Part shown: positions 1 to 12,984 of the stretch, piece after piece
Position numbering within the stretch: position 1 is the stretch's first letter
Layout of the letters: each line of letters opens with the position of its first letter
DNA from: Macrostomum hystrix
Taxonomy: Eukaryota; Animalia; Platyhelminthes
Reading direction: 5' to 3'
NCBI GenBank assembly: GCA_950097015.1
Contig: CATNEN010000038.1
Span: 17,174,001-17,238,000 of the forward strand
Length of the DNA stretch: 64,000 bases
Position numbers and translations under genes: made by a program
The notes under the pieces: generated by a model
The model's database searches: none
Seen by the model: the letters and a program-made list of their open reading frames with translations, nothing else
Told to the model about the DNA's origin: nothing

Positions 1-2330
1 ATCCCTCAAACTCAATGAGTAAGATATCAAGCAAAAAATCCAACAATCCTATGAGTAAGATATCAAGCAAAAATCCAACAATCCTATGAGTAAGATATCA
101 AGCGGAAAATCCAACAATCCTATGAGTAAGATATCAAGCAGAAAATCCCACAATCCTATGAGTAAGATATCAAGCAAAAATCCAACAATCCTATGAGCCA
201 GATATCAGGCAAAAAATCCCACAAGCTCATGAGTCAGATATCAAGCAAAAAATCCCACAATCCTATGAGTAAGATATCAAGCAAAAAATCCAACAATCCT
301 ATGAGTCAGATATCAAGCAAAAAATCCCACAAGCTCATGAGTCAGATATCAAGCAAAAAATCCCACAATCCTATGAGTAAGATATCAAGCAAAAAATCCA
401 ACAATCCTATGAGTCAGATATCAAGCAAAAAATCCCACAAGCTCATGAGTCAGATATCAAGCAAAAAATCCCACAAGCTCATGAGTCAGATATCAAGCAA
501 AAAATCCCACAAGCTCATGAGTCAGATATCAAGCAAAAAATCCCACAATCCTATGAGTCACATATCAAGCAAAAAATCCCACAAGCTCATGAGTAAGATA
601 TCAAGCAAAAAATCCCACAAGCTCATGAGTCAGATATCAAGCAAAAAATCCCACAAGCTCATGAGTCAGATATCAAGCAAAAAATCCCACAAGCTCATGA
701 GTCAGATATCAAGCAAAAAATCCCACAAGCTCATGAGTCAGATATCAAGCAAAAAATCCCACAAGCTCATGAGTCAGATATCAAGCAAAAAATCCCACAA
801 TCCTATGAGTAAGATATCAAGCAAAAAATCCCACAAGCTCATGAGTAAGATATCAAGCAAAAGATCCCACAAGCTCATGAGTCAGATATCAAGCAAAAGA
901 TCCCACAAGCCCATAAGTCAGATATCAAGCAAAAGATCCCACAAGCTCATGAGTAAGTTATCAACTAGCAAATTCCACAAGCTCATGAGTAAGTTATCAA
1001 CTAGCAAATTCCACAAGCTCTTGAGTAAGTTATCAACTAGCAAATTCCACAAGCTCATGAGTAAGTTATCAACTAGCAAATTCCACAAGCTCATGAGTAA
1101 GATATCAACTAGCAAATTCCACAAGCTCATGGTTATCAACTAGCAAATTACACAAGCTCATGAGTAAGATATCAACTAGCAAATTCCACAAGCTCATGGT
1201 TATCAACTAGCAAATTACACAAGCTCATGAGAAAGATATCAACTAGCAAATTACACAAGCTCATGGTTATCAACTAGCAAATAACACAAGCTCATGGTTA
1301 TCAACTAGCAAATTACACAAGCTCATGAGAAAGATATCAACTAGCAAATTACACAAGCTCATGGTTATCAACTAGCAAATTACACAAGCTCATGGTTATC
1401 AACTAGCAAATTACACAAGCTCATGGTTATCAACTAGCAAATTACACAAGCTCATGAGTAAGATATCAACTAGCAAATTCCACAAGCTCATGGTTATCAA
1501 CTAGCAAATTACACAAGCTCATGAGTAAGATATCAACTAGCAAATTCCACAAGCTCATGGTTATCAACTAGCAAATTACACAAGCTCATGGTTATCAACT
1601 AGCAAATTACACAAGCTCATGGTTATCAACTAGCAAATTACACAAGCTCATGAGAAAGATATCAACTAGCAAATTCCACAAGCTCATGAGTAAGTTATCA
1701 ACTAGCAAATTACACAAGCTCATGGTTATCAACTAGCAAATTACACAAGCTCATGAGAAAGATATCAACTAGCAAATTCCACAAGCTCATGAGTAAGTTA
1801 TCAACTAGCAAATTACACAAGCTCATGGTTATCAACTAGCAAATTACACAAGCTCATGAGAAAGATATCAACTAGCAAATTCCACAAGCTCATGGTTATC
1901 AACTAGCAAATTACACAAGCTCATGAGTAAGATATCAACTAGCAAATTCCACAAGCTCATGGTTATCAACTAGCAAATTACACAAGCTCATGAGTAAGAT
2001 ATCAACTAGCAAATTACACAAGCTCATGGTTATCAACTAGCAAATTACACAAGCTCATGGTTATCAACTAGCAAATTACACAAGCTCATGAGAAAGTTAT
2101 CAACTAGCAAATTCCACAAGCTCATGAGTAAGTTATCAACTAGCAAATTACACAAGCTCATGGTTATCAACTAGCAAATTACACAAGCTCATGAGAAAGA
2201 TATCAACTAGCAAATTACACAAGCTCATGAGTAAGTTATCAACTAGCAAATTCCACAAGCTCATGAGTAAGTTATCAACTAGCAAATTCCACAAGCTCAT
2301 GAGTAAGTTATCAACTAGCAAATTCCACAA
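1..2330. repeat. Minisatellite array (36-bp unit, 31-bp deletion variant) in the intron following the BRIP1 exon
   Basis: Units such as TTCCACAAGCTCATGAGTAAGTTATCAACTAGCAAA repeat directly with no spacers. The array runs off the left edge and ends about 50 bp from the minus-strand donor at 2381. Confidence 0.97.
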
Positions 2331-2381
2331 GCAGTATAACAGGAAATAAAAGTTCAACACTATCTCAATAAGATATTTCAC

Positions 2382-2708
2382 CTGTGCATGGGCAGCCTTG
2401 AAGTGCCGCAGCCAAGCAAGGCTGGCGCAGAGCAGAGACAAACTCTTTCCACTGCCTGTTGGAGACTCAACTAGGCAGCATTGGCTAGTTAGGCAGCTTT
2501 GCACTACCCGGCTCATCATGCTGAGTTGAGATGGATATGCACTATAAGGAAATGGCACTTCGACACCTTGAAGATTGTAGACCTTCTGATTCTGTTGCTG
2601 TTTTTGGCTCTGATGATTCTGGAGCCATTGTGACTGAGCCTGCTGTGATGACCTGCTAGCTGCCTTTTTAGCAGCTATGCTGCGATCTCTGAACTGAGTC
2701 CGATGAGA
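2382..2708 (-). CDS. BRIP1: Exon of FANCJ/BRIP1 (XPD-family Fe-S DEAH helicase), Q motif plus Walker A; gene continues beyond the left edge
   Basis: Translation VYNLQGVEVPFPYSAYPSQLSMM...CLVESPTGSGKSLSLLCASLAW matches the FANCJ N-terminus (YPSQLAMM...LLESPTGSGKSLALLC). Donor CAG|GTGAAA at 2382/2381, putative acceptor TTTCAAG at 2709. Start exon not identified. Confidence 0.85.
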
Positions 2709-3630
2709 CTTGAAATTAAATATGTTTGATAAAGTAACTATATTTGCAAAACTTTACAAAACTTTATTAAACAGAGTTAATAAATAAAATAAATAATTTT
2801 TTTAATGATTTATGTATTATACAATGTTGTTAGGACAATACAATAGCCAGCATTTTTTTCCCTGAAAATGTTTTTATAAGCTATTTAAAGGATAGCCAGT
2901 TTTCTCATACTAAGTCAATAGTAGAATTTAAACTAAACATATAAGGCTATATTTTGAAAGCAAAACCAAATTGTTGAAAACCAATTACAATTTTTTAATT
3001 AAAGGTTTTACATTTTATTACCTTGCTTAGGTAGTTGTAACTGATGTAACTGAATCAGCATTCAGTTACATAATATACCATAGCAACAAAAGGCCAAGGG
3101 CATATACTATAGTCATAGAAGGCTAGATAGTGATTATATTAAAGAAAATATATTCCAAGATATAATATATCTATCAGGCCAAGTGCAGGCCTAGCTAGCC
3201 ACTTATATTAAAAATCTCCTTTTCATAAATATATAACTCAGAGAACAGATTTTCTGAGTTACAGGTTCAAATTCATACTCTATAGATTTGGCAAAAGAAA
3301 AAATGATGTGACATGACTTGTTAGATCAAATTCAAACTTTGTGTGACACAGACATAGGCACTGATTCAAACAAATAATTATATGCAACATAGATTTTACA
3401 ATATATAAAATAAAAAGTGATAGCTGATGGCAATTGGCAATATGCTTATAAATATATTAGTACCTTTTATTAACAATTTGACTCTTGAGTCAGATGAACT
3501 GTCAAAGACCAGTACTATGTTAGTTATATTAGACATGACTATGAGCTATATAAAATAAAACTATAATGTATAGTGTAATAACAAACAAAGCACACATTAA
3601 GCTAAAGGGGTTAGGAAGATAAAATTTAAG

Positions 3631-4371
3631 GGAAGTGCTTATTCCTATGGTCCTGTGCCAATAATTTCAATTTTATCCACACAGATCCATGCTGATAATT
3701 TTCTGCTTATCCACATGGCAGCTTGTATGAATAGGTCTACTTTCAAGTCCCTACCTATTCTTCTCTGAGCATAAGGCTTTTGCTTCAGAGTATAGTGTAT
3801 AGTGTACACTATCAATGCATAGTGTAAAAGAATAACAATGATGTATAATATGTATAATATATATGTATAATATGTATAATATAATTTATAATATAATATA
3901 ATATTATAATATAATATAACGAGTTTGGTGCTGACTAGAATTCTGCTGGTTGACTCGTTAGATTTTCTTTGATAGACTTTTTACTTTTTAAGTCAATACC
4001 TACAATTCAAATGAAGACACGTAACGATGACAAAAGATTTAGTAAGTTGTTATTAAAATAAGTAAAAAGGATGACATTAATGTCGGTTAATGAATGTGTA
4101 GGTCGCAATGTAGAACACTGTTGTAACACACTGGCAACTTTGTCAATCTATTGGCTCGAGGGTTCAACAAAACATTCAAACCTGAAAGGGCCTCATTTCA
4201 AAGAACAGAAACGTGTGGATAAAATTGAAATGAACGGCACGGCATATTTATATAAAGAGTTTTAGACCTATTCATACAAGCTGCCATGTAGATAAGCAGA
4301 AAATTATCGGCACGGATCCGTGTGGATAAAATTGAAATTATTGGCATGGGACCGTGGGAATAAGCTCTGCC
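3631..4371. mobile_element. Non-autonomous Mutator(MULE)-type MITE, 741 bp
   Basis: 109-bp TIRs (3631-3739 and 4263-4371) starting GG, flanked by the 9-bp TSD AAATTTAAG (3622-3630, 4372-4380). Confidence 0.9.
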
Positions 4372-6321
4372 AAATTTAAGTTACATGGTTATTGTTTAGG
4401 ATTTGAAGCATTTTAATTTGTTAATGTGTAACATTTAAAGTTATAGAATAAATCTAAATCTAACTCTAGATAGTATTATATTTATAGAGATTATATTTTA
4501 TTTTCAGATATTCTGATCAGAAATGCAAAAGACAGCGATATCAAACGTTTAATTCAAGGGTAAAATAATAAGAAGGCGTGAAGATACAACTTAGGCCTAT
4601 CATTACCTAATGCCCACAGATCATAGTAGCTAAGGCTGACAGAAAAATGTATACTTATTATTTTACGAAGTACAAAGCACTGCGAAAATTCGTTTTCGTG
4701 CCAAAATTTAACGCGTACAGCAGAGCGTCCGAAACTGCAATATTATTTTCTCCCAGTTGTTTAGCTTGTAGCAACAATTAAGTCTTAAAAAGCAAAGCAC
4801 TTCAAACAGACATTTTTCAGAGAAAAAAATGTAGTAGGCCTACTGTTAAATAAATATACGAGAATCGAGATACCTAAGTTGACTCTTGCAAGCCGAAATG
4901 ACACAGTTCAAATGTCCGGTTTTAAAAAGGTTTACGGATATGAAAAAACAAAAACTTATTAATTTTCCTTTAGTTTTATGTGACGACGCTAATTATAGTT
5001 ACACAGTTATTATTTTATATACTTTAAAAAACTATGCTTCTACAATTTTTAGCAAGTTTGTACACATTCAACGTGTTCTACGTTGTAGGTTAAATATTAG
5101 GTTTTCTATGAATCGCAGATGAGGTATGTATATACCTAGGTATATTAATTCAGATTGTGTGATTGTGTCCATTTCTTGAGACGGTCTCTAATTGCATTTT
5201 TATCTATGTTTTGACAGAAATTGCTTTGTACCTGACAGAATGACTTGTAAAGAAAATTAAAGTGATTTAATTTCTAAGTCTTGATTTTTTTCTAGTACCA
5301 GATATTATAAGTTATTAACTCTAGTTACTTACTCACGCCAGGTTTAGTTATGACCTCACCTCCGATTGCTCTGAGGGGGCTAGCTAGCTAAAATTCTTAT
5401 TAGAATTTGTGATAAAAAGTTTAGTGGTAGAGTATTTTTATTAATTATGTTTTAGTTTGTATAGGCCCCTGTGGTACTTTTTCTGGACTGCAGCATTCTT
5501 TTAACACGTTGTAAACAGGTAACAGGGATTATAAAAAATGGTTAGACTTTAATTTATTTTGTGATTAGGCCTAGCTTAGCTGCGTTACACCTAACTATAA
5601 TATTTAGATATTTGAATTTGCTATCGACTTTTTACTTTAACATTTGTATTTGTTTTAAAATATCAGCATTCAGATAAATATATATTTAGCTATTATGTTT
5701 GATTAGCCTCATAAATAACGATGCACAATATTTGTTGTGCTACAATTCACTTATAAACATAGCATATATTATATGGCTATACTGCCATAACTTTAAGCCT
5801 AGTAGACTAGATTGGATTATGATAATTATATGCTATATATTTTTGACAGCAATTTTTATTGTGTTTTTGTCTCATGAAGCTTTTGCTAGAAAGTAGTTTC
5901 TGCTATAAATTATATTGATAATACAATTTACAAAAAATACTCGCAACACAAGGTCTACAATGGTGAAAGATAGCTCAATGTTTAACTTTTAATACTTTAA
6001 CTTTTCATATGATGACAATAAAGTGGCAATTCTCATGTAAATGTGGTATATATAAACTAGCTATATGTTGTAATATGCCCTTTGTTTGCTTCTTCTATTC
6101 TTTGTTGTAAATAGTAAAAAATGACCTATGTCATTTTTATGAATTCTCAGTTTTCAGTTATTTGTTTAGTCAAAGTTAACCTATATGACAATATTTGTAT
6201 TAACTCTATTGTAGTTTTCTAAGAAGGGCTTTCTGAACACAAATCTCTCTCGTGCATCTTCTCAAGATGCAGGCCTTAATTGTTAATGCCATTAATTATT
6301 TGTTCTCTGCCCATTTCAGAA

Positions 6322-8142
6322 ATGGAAGAGAAGACACATTATGGACACACAGACGTCCAAAATAAATTTGGTTCAATGCCACTAATGTTGTTGAGTAAAG
6401 TATTTTATTACTTAGATCAGACTGACCTTAATTCTTGTTGTCAGGTTTCACAGTGGTGGAATCAGGTTGCCCTGCGACCCAGCACCTGGAGGTCACTGAA
6501 CTATAATTATGACATCGCGTCGATTGAATTGGCTAAACATTTAGGACGCACTATATGCCCATTTGTTACTATTCTCACAGTCGACACTTCAATATCAGCC
6601 ACGCAGCTCAGAATGTTACTAAAGCGAGCAGTAAATCTACGCTGTTTCATTCAAGTCGAGTGTCGCTTTAGCAGGCAGTACACATTAACAATGAAGGCTG
6701 CATCTAATGCCGATATTTTGGCTTCCCTGTCAGCTAGTTGCATCAGACTTCAAGAACTCGTACTGGTGCAATCGTCCGACATTACTTCCAGTAGTTTAGA
6801 AGCATTTGCATCATGTTGCACACAACTTCAACGTCTAGACGTTGGCAAGTCGTGCTTGAGTCCAGAGTGCTGCACAATTGTCTCCCAAATGTGGCCAGGC
6901 CTTGTCAGCTTTGTCACTTGCCGAATAAAAATGACTCGCACAGCTCGCCAGTTGAATCCTGCTAGCCTACTAACCCTGGCTCGTTGTCCTCTGAGAGAAC
7001 TGATGCTGACGGTGAAAAATATCGACGCTGACACCATTTGTCAGGCTATATTAAAGTGTCCGAATCTTGAACGCTTCGTCTGTGTCTCCGTCGACCATGC
7101 TTGGCCATCGCAGGATAATTTGGTTCAGTGTCTGGCTAACACCTGTCGAAACCTGAGAACCGTCTGCTTGCCAGATTGTGCAATTGAGAAAGCCGATGCG
7201 TTTCAATCACTGCTGGTTAGCTGCCCTGATGTGGAGTCGGCCACACTAGTTGCTGGGCCAGACCTGTCCCAGAGATCGTTGCAACTCATTGGCATGCATT
7301 GGAAGCAGCTGCGTGAGTTAATTTTCTCAGCTAGCTTTGCAGTCGACAACGATGTCTGTTTAACCAATCTGGGCACTGGCTGCCGATATTTAAAAAGATT
7401 GCACCTGTCATTCACGGCTGGGTTTTCTGCTTCTGATGGCTTGAAAGATCTTTTAACATCGTGTCAATATTTGTCAGATCTAAAACTGGTCCTGCCTCAA
7501 CCCAGAGACCGTTCACCGTTGGCTGCAATTTTATCTGCCCGCCCAAATCACTTGAGAAAGCTTTTCCTGTCGATAAACAATTCTTCAAAATTTTCCAACT
7601 TTTTGAGCGGACCAGATCCTGCTACACCAAATTTGTCCGAACTCACGCTAAGTCGAATGGACCCTAATCCCGAATTGATTAAAAACCTGGTGGATTCAGC
7701 TGCGGCCACCTGCAACTTGAAGTCACTCTGTTTAACAAACTGCATCCGTCTTACTGACACTTGCTTGGCATCGCTTGGCTGTCTGCCCAATCTGACTGAA
7801 ATTCGCCTGTACAAATTAAAGCTTATAACTAATTATTCTCTGCTGCGTCTGAGTGAAACAAAGGCCAAAAACCAGTTACGGGTGCTATCCTTGCACAATG
7901 GCTACCTGGACGACAATCTGACTAATGCGGCTTTTGACTATTTCGCTCGCTTCACAGCGTTGAAAAGCCTGGAGCTGCGCTTCTGGTCCTGCTTGACGGA
8001 TGACGGTGTCGCCAAGCTGGCTGGCAGCGACTGCGCTCGCAGCCTAACAAGCCTAACTGTCACCGGCTCCGCGCTTGTTACTGAGGCTGCCTGGGAATCG
8101 CTAAAGCAGCACAGGCAGCTCAGCTTCAAATTCAGATTCTAA
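6322..8142 (+). CDS. F-box/leucine-rich repeat protein (FBXL-like), single coding exon
   Basis: F-box MPLMLLSKVFYYLDQTDLNSCCQVSQWWNQV followed by cysteine-containing LRRs (e.g. LKSLCLTNCIRLTDTCL, LELRFWSCLTDDGV). ATG 6322 lies just after the acceptor CCATTTCAG. Confidence 0.9.
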   Translation: MEEKTHYGHTDVQNKFGSMPLMLLSKVFYYLDQTDLNSCCQVSQWWNQVALRPSTWRSLNYNYDIASIELAKHLGRTICPFVTILTVDTSISATQLRMLLKRAVNLRCFIQVECRFSRQYTLTMKAASNADILASLSASCIRLQELVLVQSSDITSSSLEAFASCCTQLQRLDVGKSCLSPECCTIVSQMWPGLVSFVTCRIKMTRTARQLNPASLLTLARCPLRELMLTVKNIDADTICQAILKCPNLERFVCVSVDHAWPSQDNLVQCLANTCRNLRTVCLPDCAIEKADAFQSLLVSCPDVESATLVAGPDLSQRSLQLIGMHWKQLRELIFSASFAVDNDVCLTNLGTGCRYLKRLHLSFTAGFSASDGLKDLLTSCQYLSDLKLVLPQPRDRSPLAAILSARPNHLRKLFLSINNSSKFSNFLSGPDPATPNLSELTLSRMDPNPELIKNLVDSAAATCNLKSLCLTNCIRLTDTCLASLGCLPNLTEIRLYKLKLITNYSLLRLSETKAKNQLRVLSLHNGYLDDNLTNAAFDYFARFTALKSLELRFWSCLTDDGVAKLAGSDCARSLTSLTVTGSALVTEAAWESLKQHRQLSFKFRF

Positions 8143-9063
8143 CTAGCTATTGCTTTTTATACTAAAATGCTTCGAAATTTTTATGTACGATGAGTAGTGA
8201 TTTCTTGCTCTTAATAACTAATGCTTATCGCCGAGTTTTTCATTTCCAGTGCCTTATGTGTGAGTCATTGTTGTGTGATTATGCATGGAATTTGTCGTAT
8301 TTTATTCGATTGTCTTTCAACAAATTGTTTCGTTGGATTAAAAATTTGTATAATTTTTAGTTTCTCTTCGTCCTCTTAAAGCTGTTGCTAAATATCAGAT
8401 TAAATTACGAGTGTACTTGTAAAACATTTGTAATATGACATATTCGTCTTGAAATAAATTTGTGTTGCATGCTTCAATTCTATAGAAGTGTGATATGCGG
8501 TTTTAAATTAAACATAATTTCCAATATGTATTCGACAATTTTATTCTATTTTGAAATGTAAATGCTGTTTTCAATGCAGTCACAACTCAAGCTAGAAGTG
8601 CGATATAAAAAATTATAAAATAAGAAAATAGGTTCTAGTTAAAATTAAAACAAACGTGGCTAAGCGTGATTTGGGTGCTCACGATAAAGAGGTTGGTGCT
8701 TATCGAGAAAAAGGGAAATTAAAACCCCTCTGGACTTATCGACCAATCAAAATCAAAGCAGAAAGTACTCGTAAAACATAACTAAGCACTGGACAAGTGG
8801 TGAGAATCGGTACCTAAGCATTTTTGTGGAATTTACACTTTTGAGGGCCGAACCCAAGTGGCACAGTGAAATTGTTCACTGCCTGACAATGACAAAGTCG
8901 CTTGTTGAAAGTTGTCGACTTTTTTCTTGGTCGAGCCCAAGTAATTTTGCTTTAAAAAATTTTCTACACAAGTAAATGCCAACGTTAATTTGACCATGAT
9001 TTTCCAGCACCAATTCAATACATATAGAGAACAAAAAGGCTTGTCTTGATCGACCCCGTGAGC

Positions 9064-12000
9064 ATGGCAATCAGGCGTCTATCACCAGACGCAATTGTGC
9101 TCAGCACGCACATTAACATTGCACTGTACTCGCTGGCCTTCTGGATCCAGCAGGCCGCTGTGCCATTTCTATTGCAAAAATGGGAGGCTTCAAATCTCGC
9201 ATTCGGCTATTTGCAGACTACTTTTGCCGCTGTGCAGCTACTCGGCGGACCTGTGTTTGGTCGATTCGGCGACCTCTACGGCGCTCGCCTGGCTCTGTGC
9301 TTGGCTTTCGGCGCATCCGGAGTCTCTTGCCTCATTGTGGCTTTCACAGATGGCCTGCTGTGGATGTTTGTGTCCCGTTTGCCGCTACTTGTGGTGCACG
9401 CTTTGCAGGGTTAGTGATGGTCCGATGGGGTGGCTTAAACTGGCTCCTTCCAAACGTACTCTCCCCGATTCTTATCTCGTCTCTCTCGTGTCTCAACTCT
9501 CCTGTGTCGCATCTCTCCAGTATCTCATCCCTCCTGTATCTCATTACTCCCCTGTCTCATCTCTCCCCTGTTTCATCTCTCCCGTGTCTCATCACTCCCG
9601 TATCTCATCTCTCTCGTGTCTCATCTCTCCCCTGTCTCATCTTTCCCCTGTTTCATCTCTCCCCTGTTTCATCTCTCCCGTGTCTCATCACTCCCGTATC
9701 TCATCTCTCCCTGTCTCATCTCTCCCGTATCTCATCTCTCCCGTGTCTCATCTCTCCCGTATCTCATCTCTCCCGTGTCTCATCTCTCCCGTATCTCATC
9801 TCTCCCGTGACTCATCTCTCCTTAGTGTCTCATCTCTCCCTAGTGTCTCATCTCTCCAGTATCTCATCCCTCCTGTATCTCATTACTCCCCTGTCTCATC
9901 TCTCCCCTGTTTCATCTCTCCCGTGTCTCATCACTCTCGTATCTCATCTCTCCCGTGTCTCATCTCTCCCGTATCTCATCTCTCCCGTGTCTCATCTCTC
10001 CCGTATCTCATCTCTCCCGTGACTCATCTCTCCTTAGTGTCTCATCTCTCCCTAGTGTCTCATCTCTCCCTAGTGTCTTATCTCTCCCGTGTCTCGTTTC
10101 TCGAGTATCTCATCTCTCCCGTATCTCATCTCTCCCGTGTCTCATCTCTCCCGTATCTCATCTCTCCCGTGACTCATCTCTCCTTAGTGTCTCATCTCTC
10201 CCTAGTGTCTCATCTCTCCCTAGTGTCTTATCTCTCCCGTGTCTCGTTTCTCGAGTATCTCATCTCTCCCGTATCTCATCTCTCCCGTGTCTCATCTCTC
10301 CCGTATCTCATCTCTCCTTAGTGTCTCATCTCTCCCGTATCTAATCTCTCCCGTGACGCATCTCTCCCGTATCTCATCTCTCCCGTGTCTCATCTCTCCC
10401 GTATCTCATCTCTCCTTAGTGTCTCATCTCTCCCTAGTTTCTCATCTCTCCTTAGTGTCTCATCTCTCCCTAGTGTCTCATCTCTCCCGTGTCTCATCTT
10501 TTCTGTTTCTCAACGTCCCGTATCGTCTCTACCAAATCCTACAGTCCTACCCAGCTATATATTATACCTATACCTATACCTATCCTATAATCTGTTCATT
10601 CATAGACTGTGCGCCTGCCACATCTACCCTTATTTTCTTCTCCAGAATCGATGCTTTAGAACTGTCGGTTAGAATTAGGAAGACAGAGATCTTTAACCAC
10701 AGTGCCACAGCTTCATGAGTGGTCTGTTGGAACACCCTGCCCTTCCTGTTTATTCTGTTAGTTTCCCATTGAGGCACATTTTATTATACAGGCGGTCAGA
10801 TGGTTGTGACGGACCTGTCGGATCCTTTGAAGCGATCGGAGAGCTTGGCGAAGCTCGGCCTCTCTTACGGTGTCGGCATGGTGCTTGGGTCATTGTCCAG
10901 CGGATTCATTATTAAAGCGACTAGGTATGAAAACACTTGCTACTCATCACACTATAATAAATAAATAATTTATAACACATTCCCCAATTGGGCCAGATGT
11001 GCAACTGACAGCACAGCCGCAGCTACTGAAGGCTGCGTACAACTGTTCTGTCCATGGACTGGTGGGACAGCACACCCACACTCAATTACCCCAGCTGGTC
11101 CTAGGAACCATTTAGCAGCAGGATTGAACTTAAGCAATGCAGAATTTGTTAGCTTGTTAAAGGACACAAATTGTTTCAATGGAGTCGGTAATAGAACCCC
11201 CGACCTCCAAGTCGTGAGTCCGACGCTCTAACTACTAGGCTACGACCTCCTCCATCCTCCAACCATCTACTAGGCTACGAAGGCCCTTGAAAAAAATCAA
11301 TGGAGAATGATTTTCGGCTTATTATTTTACACTAAGTTGCATTCTCAAACCAACGCCCTCAGTGAGCACTCTGCCTGTTTTTTCGCCTCAGTCCTGTCCT
11401 TTGTGAGCATGGCAACTATCTGGTTCACAATACCCGCCAGTCTGAAAGCTCCCTCAGCTGTGTCAACTTCGCCAGTCTCCTCGGCACCAACTGACGTGGA
11501 AGACTCGAACGAGACGGGCTACAGGCAACGGCGAGCATCGTCCTCTGGCGCCAAAGTGTTTGATGTGACAAAGTTTTCCGAATTCTTAATTAAAAATCGT
11601 CGCACCCGTTGGCTACTGGCAGTGAAAGTGGTCACAGGCATTCCCATTGGCCTGCTCCAGAGTATGATGCCCATCATCTCTGTGAAACAGTTGGGCGCTA
11701 CGCCTCAACTTAGCGGCATCATGATGGCCTTTGTAGCCATGGTTTCCATGGCTGTGCAAGGTCTTGGCATCTCTGTGCTCACCAAACGGTTTAGTGATAT
11801 TTTGCTATTGACTGCGGCCAGTGCCATTCTTTCTCTGGGATATTTCATGCTTGTAAGCATTCCAATTTACTTATTATATTGCCTGAAAAAGGGGCAACAT
11901 CATAGTGGGGTGTATTTGCGGCAATACCTTACACGACTTTCAATTTGCGAAGGGTCTCGAACGCGAAACCTAAATTTCGCAATACCTGACTGATCGGAAT

Positions 12001-12984
12001 GCCACAATACAGAGTACCATTCGTCAGTACCATAATACCGAAATACACCACCGTAAAATTGGATTCCGTGCAACAAGAAATCCGACGTGTAATTTCCAAC
12101 CAATTAATTCAAGGTGCTGTACAACTAGATGCCATAGATGATTTGTTTCATTACAATTTCAGACCTTTCTAGGCACGCAGATCTACTATCTGTTTGTGTG
12201 CATCCTGCCCCTAGTTATTGGTCTCACACTGATCAACGTGCTGGTTAGTAGTGCCCTAACCAATGCCGTCCAAATAGAGGACACTGGTAAGTAAATTAAA
12301 TAAATTAAATAAGCAAATTAATACATGTACATTAAATTTCTCTACTTTAGCTAGTGCTGGTTTACCAGTCGGGTGAGCGGCAGAGCGTTTAACGTATTTG
12401 CCTCTCGCACCAAGGTCCCTAAGTTCGATTCCGCGGCGAGGCCACATTCAGTTTGGGCGCAGCCGCGGAGAGAAGGCTTGGAGACTTGTCGTGCAATTTA
12501 CGCCCTTGAGGGTCAACCTGCAAGGCACGGTCAAAGGTTACACTGCCTGACGATGAGAAAGTCAGGGCAGATGTACTCACCTGTGTGTGTGTGCTCAGAA
12601 GTTAGCAGAATTGGATAGAATTGCCTCTTTGCTGGCTTCGGGTCTAGTGTTACCAAATAATTTAACATTTGCCAAAGCCCTCATGGAAATCTTGGTGAAC
12701 TGAATATGTTGGAACCAAGTCTCTTGCTCAATTCGAACTCTTGATGTCTCAGTTAAAAGTCCACGGGTTTATCTGCTGGGCATAATATTTAAACTATGAA
12801 CAAATTTGCAGGCTCAGTTCTGGGCATCAATATGGCCATCAATAGCGTGATTCGCATAGCCTCGCCAACACTCGGTGGCCTAATGCTGGACAATCTTGGT
12901 GTCTGGTCGTTTGGCTTTCTCGGCACTGTTAACAGCGCTCTTGTAGCCGCTTATTTTCTGAGAGCGCATTTGAAGCGCGTCTGA
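9064..12984 (+). CDS. SLC22A18: MFS transporter, SLC22A18-like (5 exons, about 421 aa)
   Basis: Exons 9064-9409, 10792-10924, 11363-11852, 12163-12286, 12812-12984 join in phase with GT-AG introns. Motifs FGYLQTTFAAVQLLGGPVFGRFGDLYG and QMVVTDLS...LAKLGLSYGVGMVLG are characteristic of SLC22A18. Confidence 0.88.
9470..10530 (+). repeat. 16-bp minisatellite (TCTCATCTCTCCCGTG family) in SLC22A18 intron 1
   Basis: Same unit as the array inside the hAT MITE at 20607-21822. Confidence 0.95.
10976..11246 (-). mobile_element. tRNA-derived SINE family A (CORE-like central domain)
   Basis: The minus strand begins with an A-box-like GTAGCCTAGTAGTTAGAGCG and a B-box-like GGTTCTATT. The body is shared with copies at 20347, 40095, 44730 and 52291. 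Confidence 0.8.
12371..12655 (+). mobile_element. tRNA-derived SINE family B in SLC22A18 intron 4
   Basis: Head GGCAGAGCG...AAGTTCGATTCC (A and B boxes). The body is shared with copies at 33952, 38449 and 39813. Confidence 0.8.

Noticed and set aside
193-1143. 316-aa Ser/Lys-rich ORF resembling a protamine or histone-like protein
   Set aside because: It is a translation of a 36-bp intronic minisatellite antisense to BRIP1, and the frame is broken by indel units on both sides.
9095-10718. Overlapping ORFs rich in SSLPCLISPVSHL (also at 20671-21597 and 47059-47811)
   Set aside because: They are translations of the 16-bp minisatellite.
11900-12055. Small MITE bounded by GGTGTATTT(G)CGG inverted motifs
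   Set aside because: The arms are short and imperfect and no TSD was identified.
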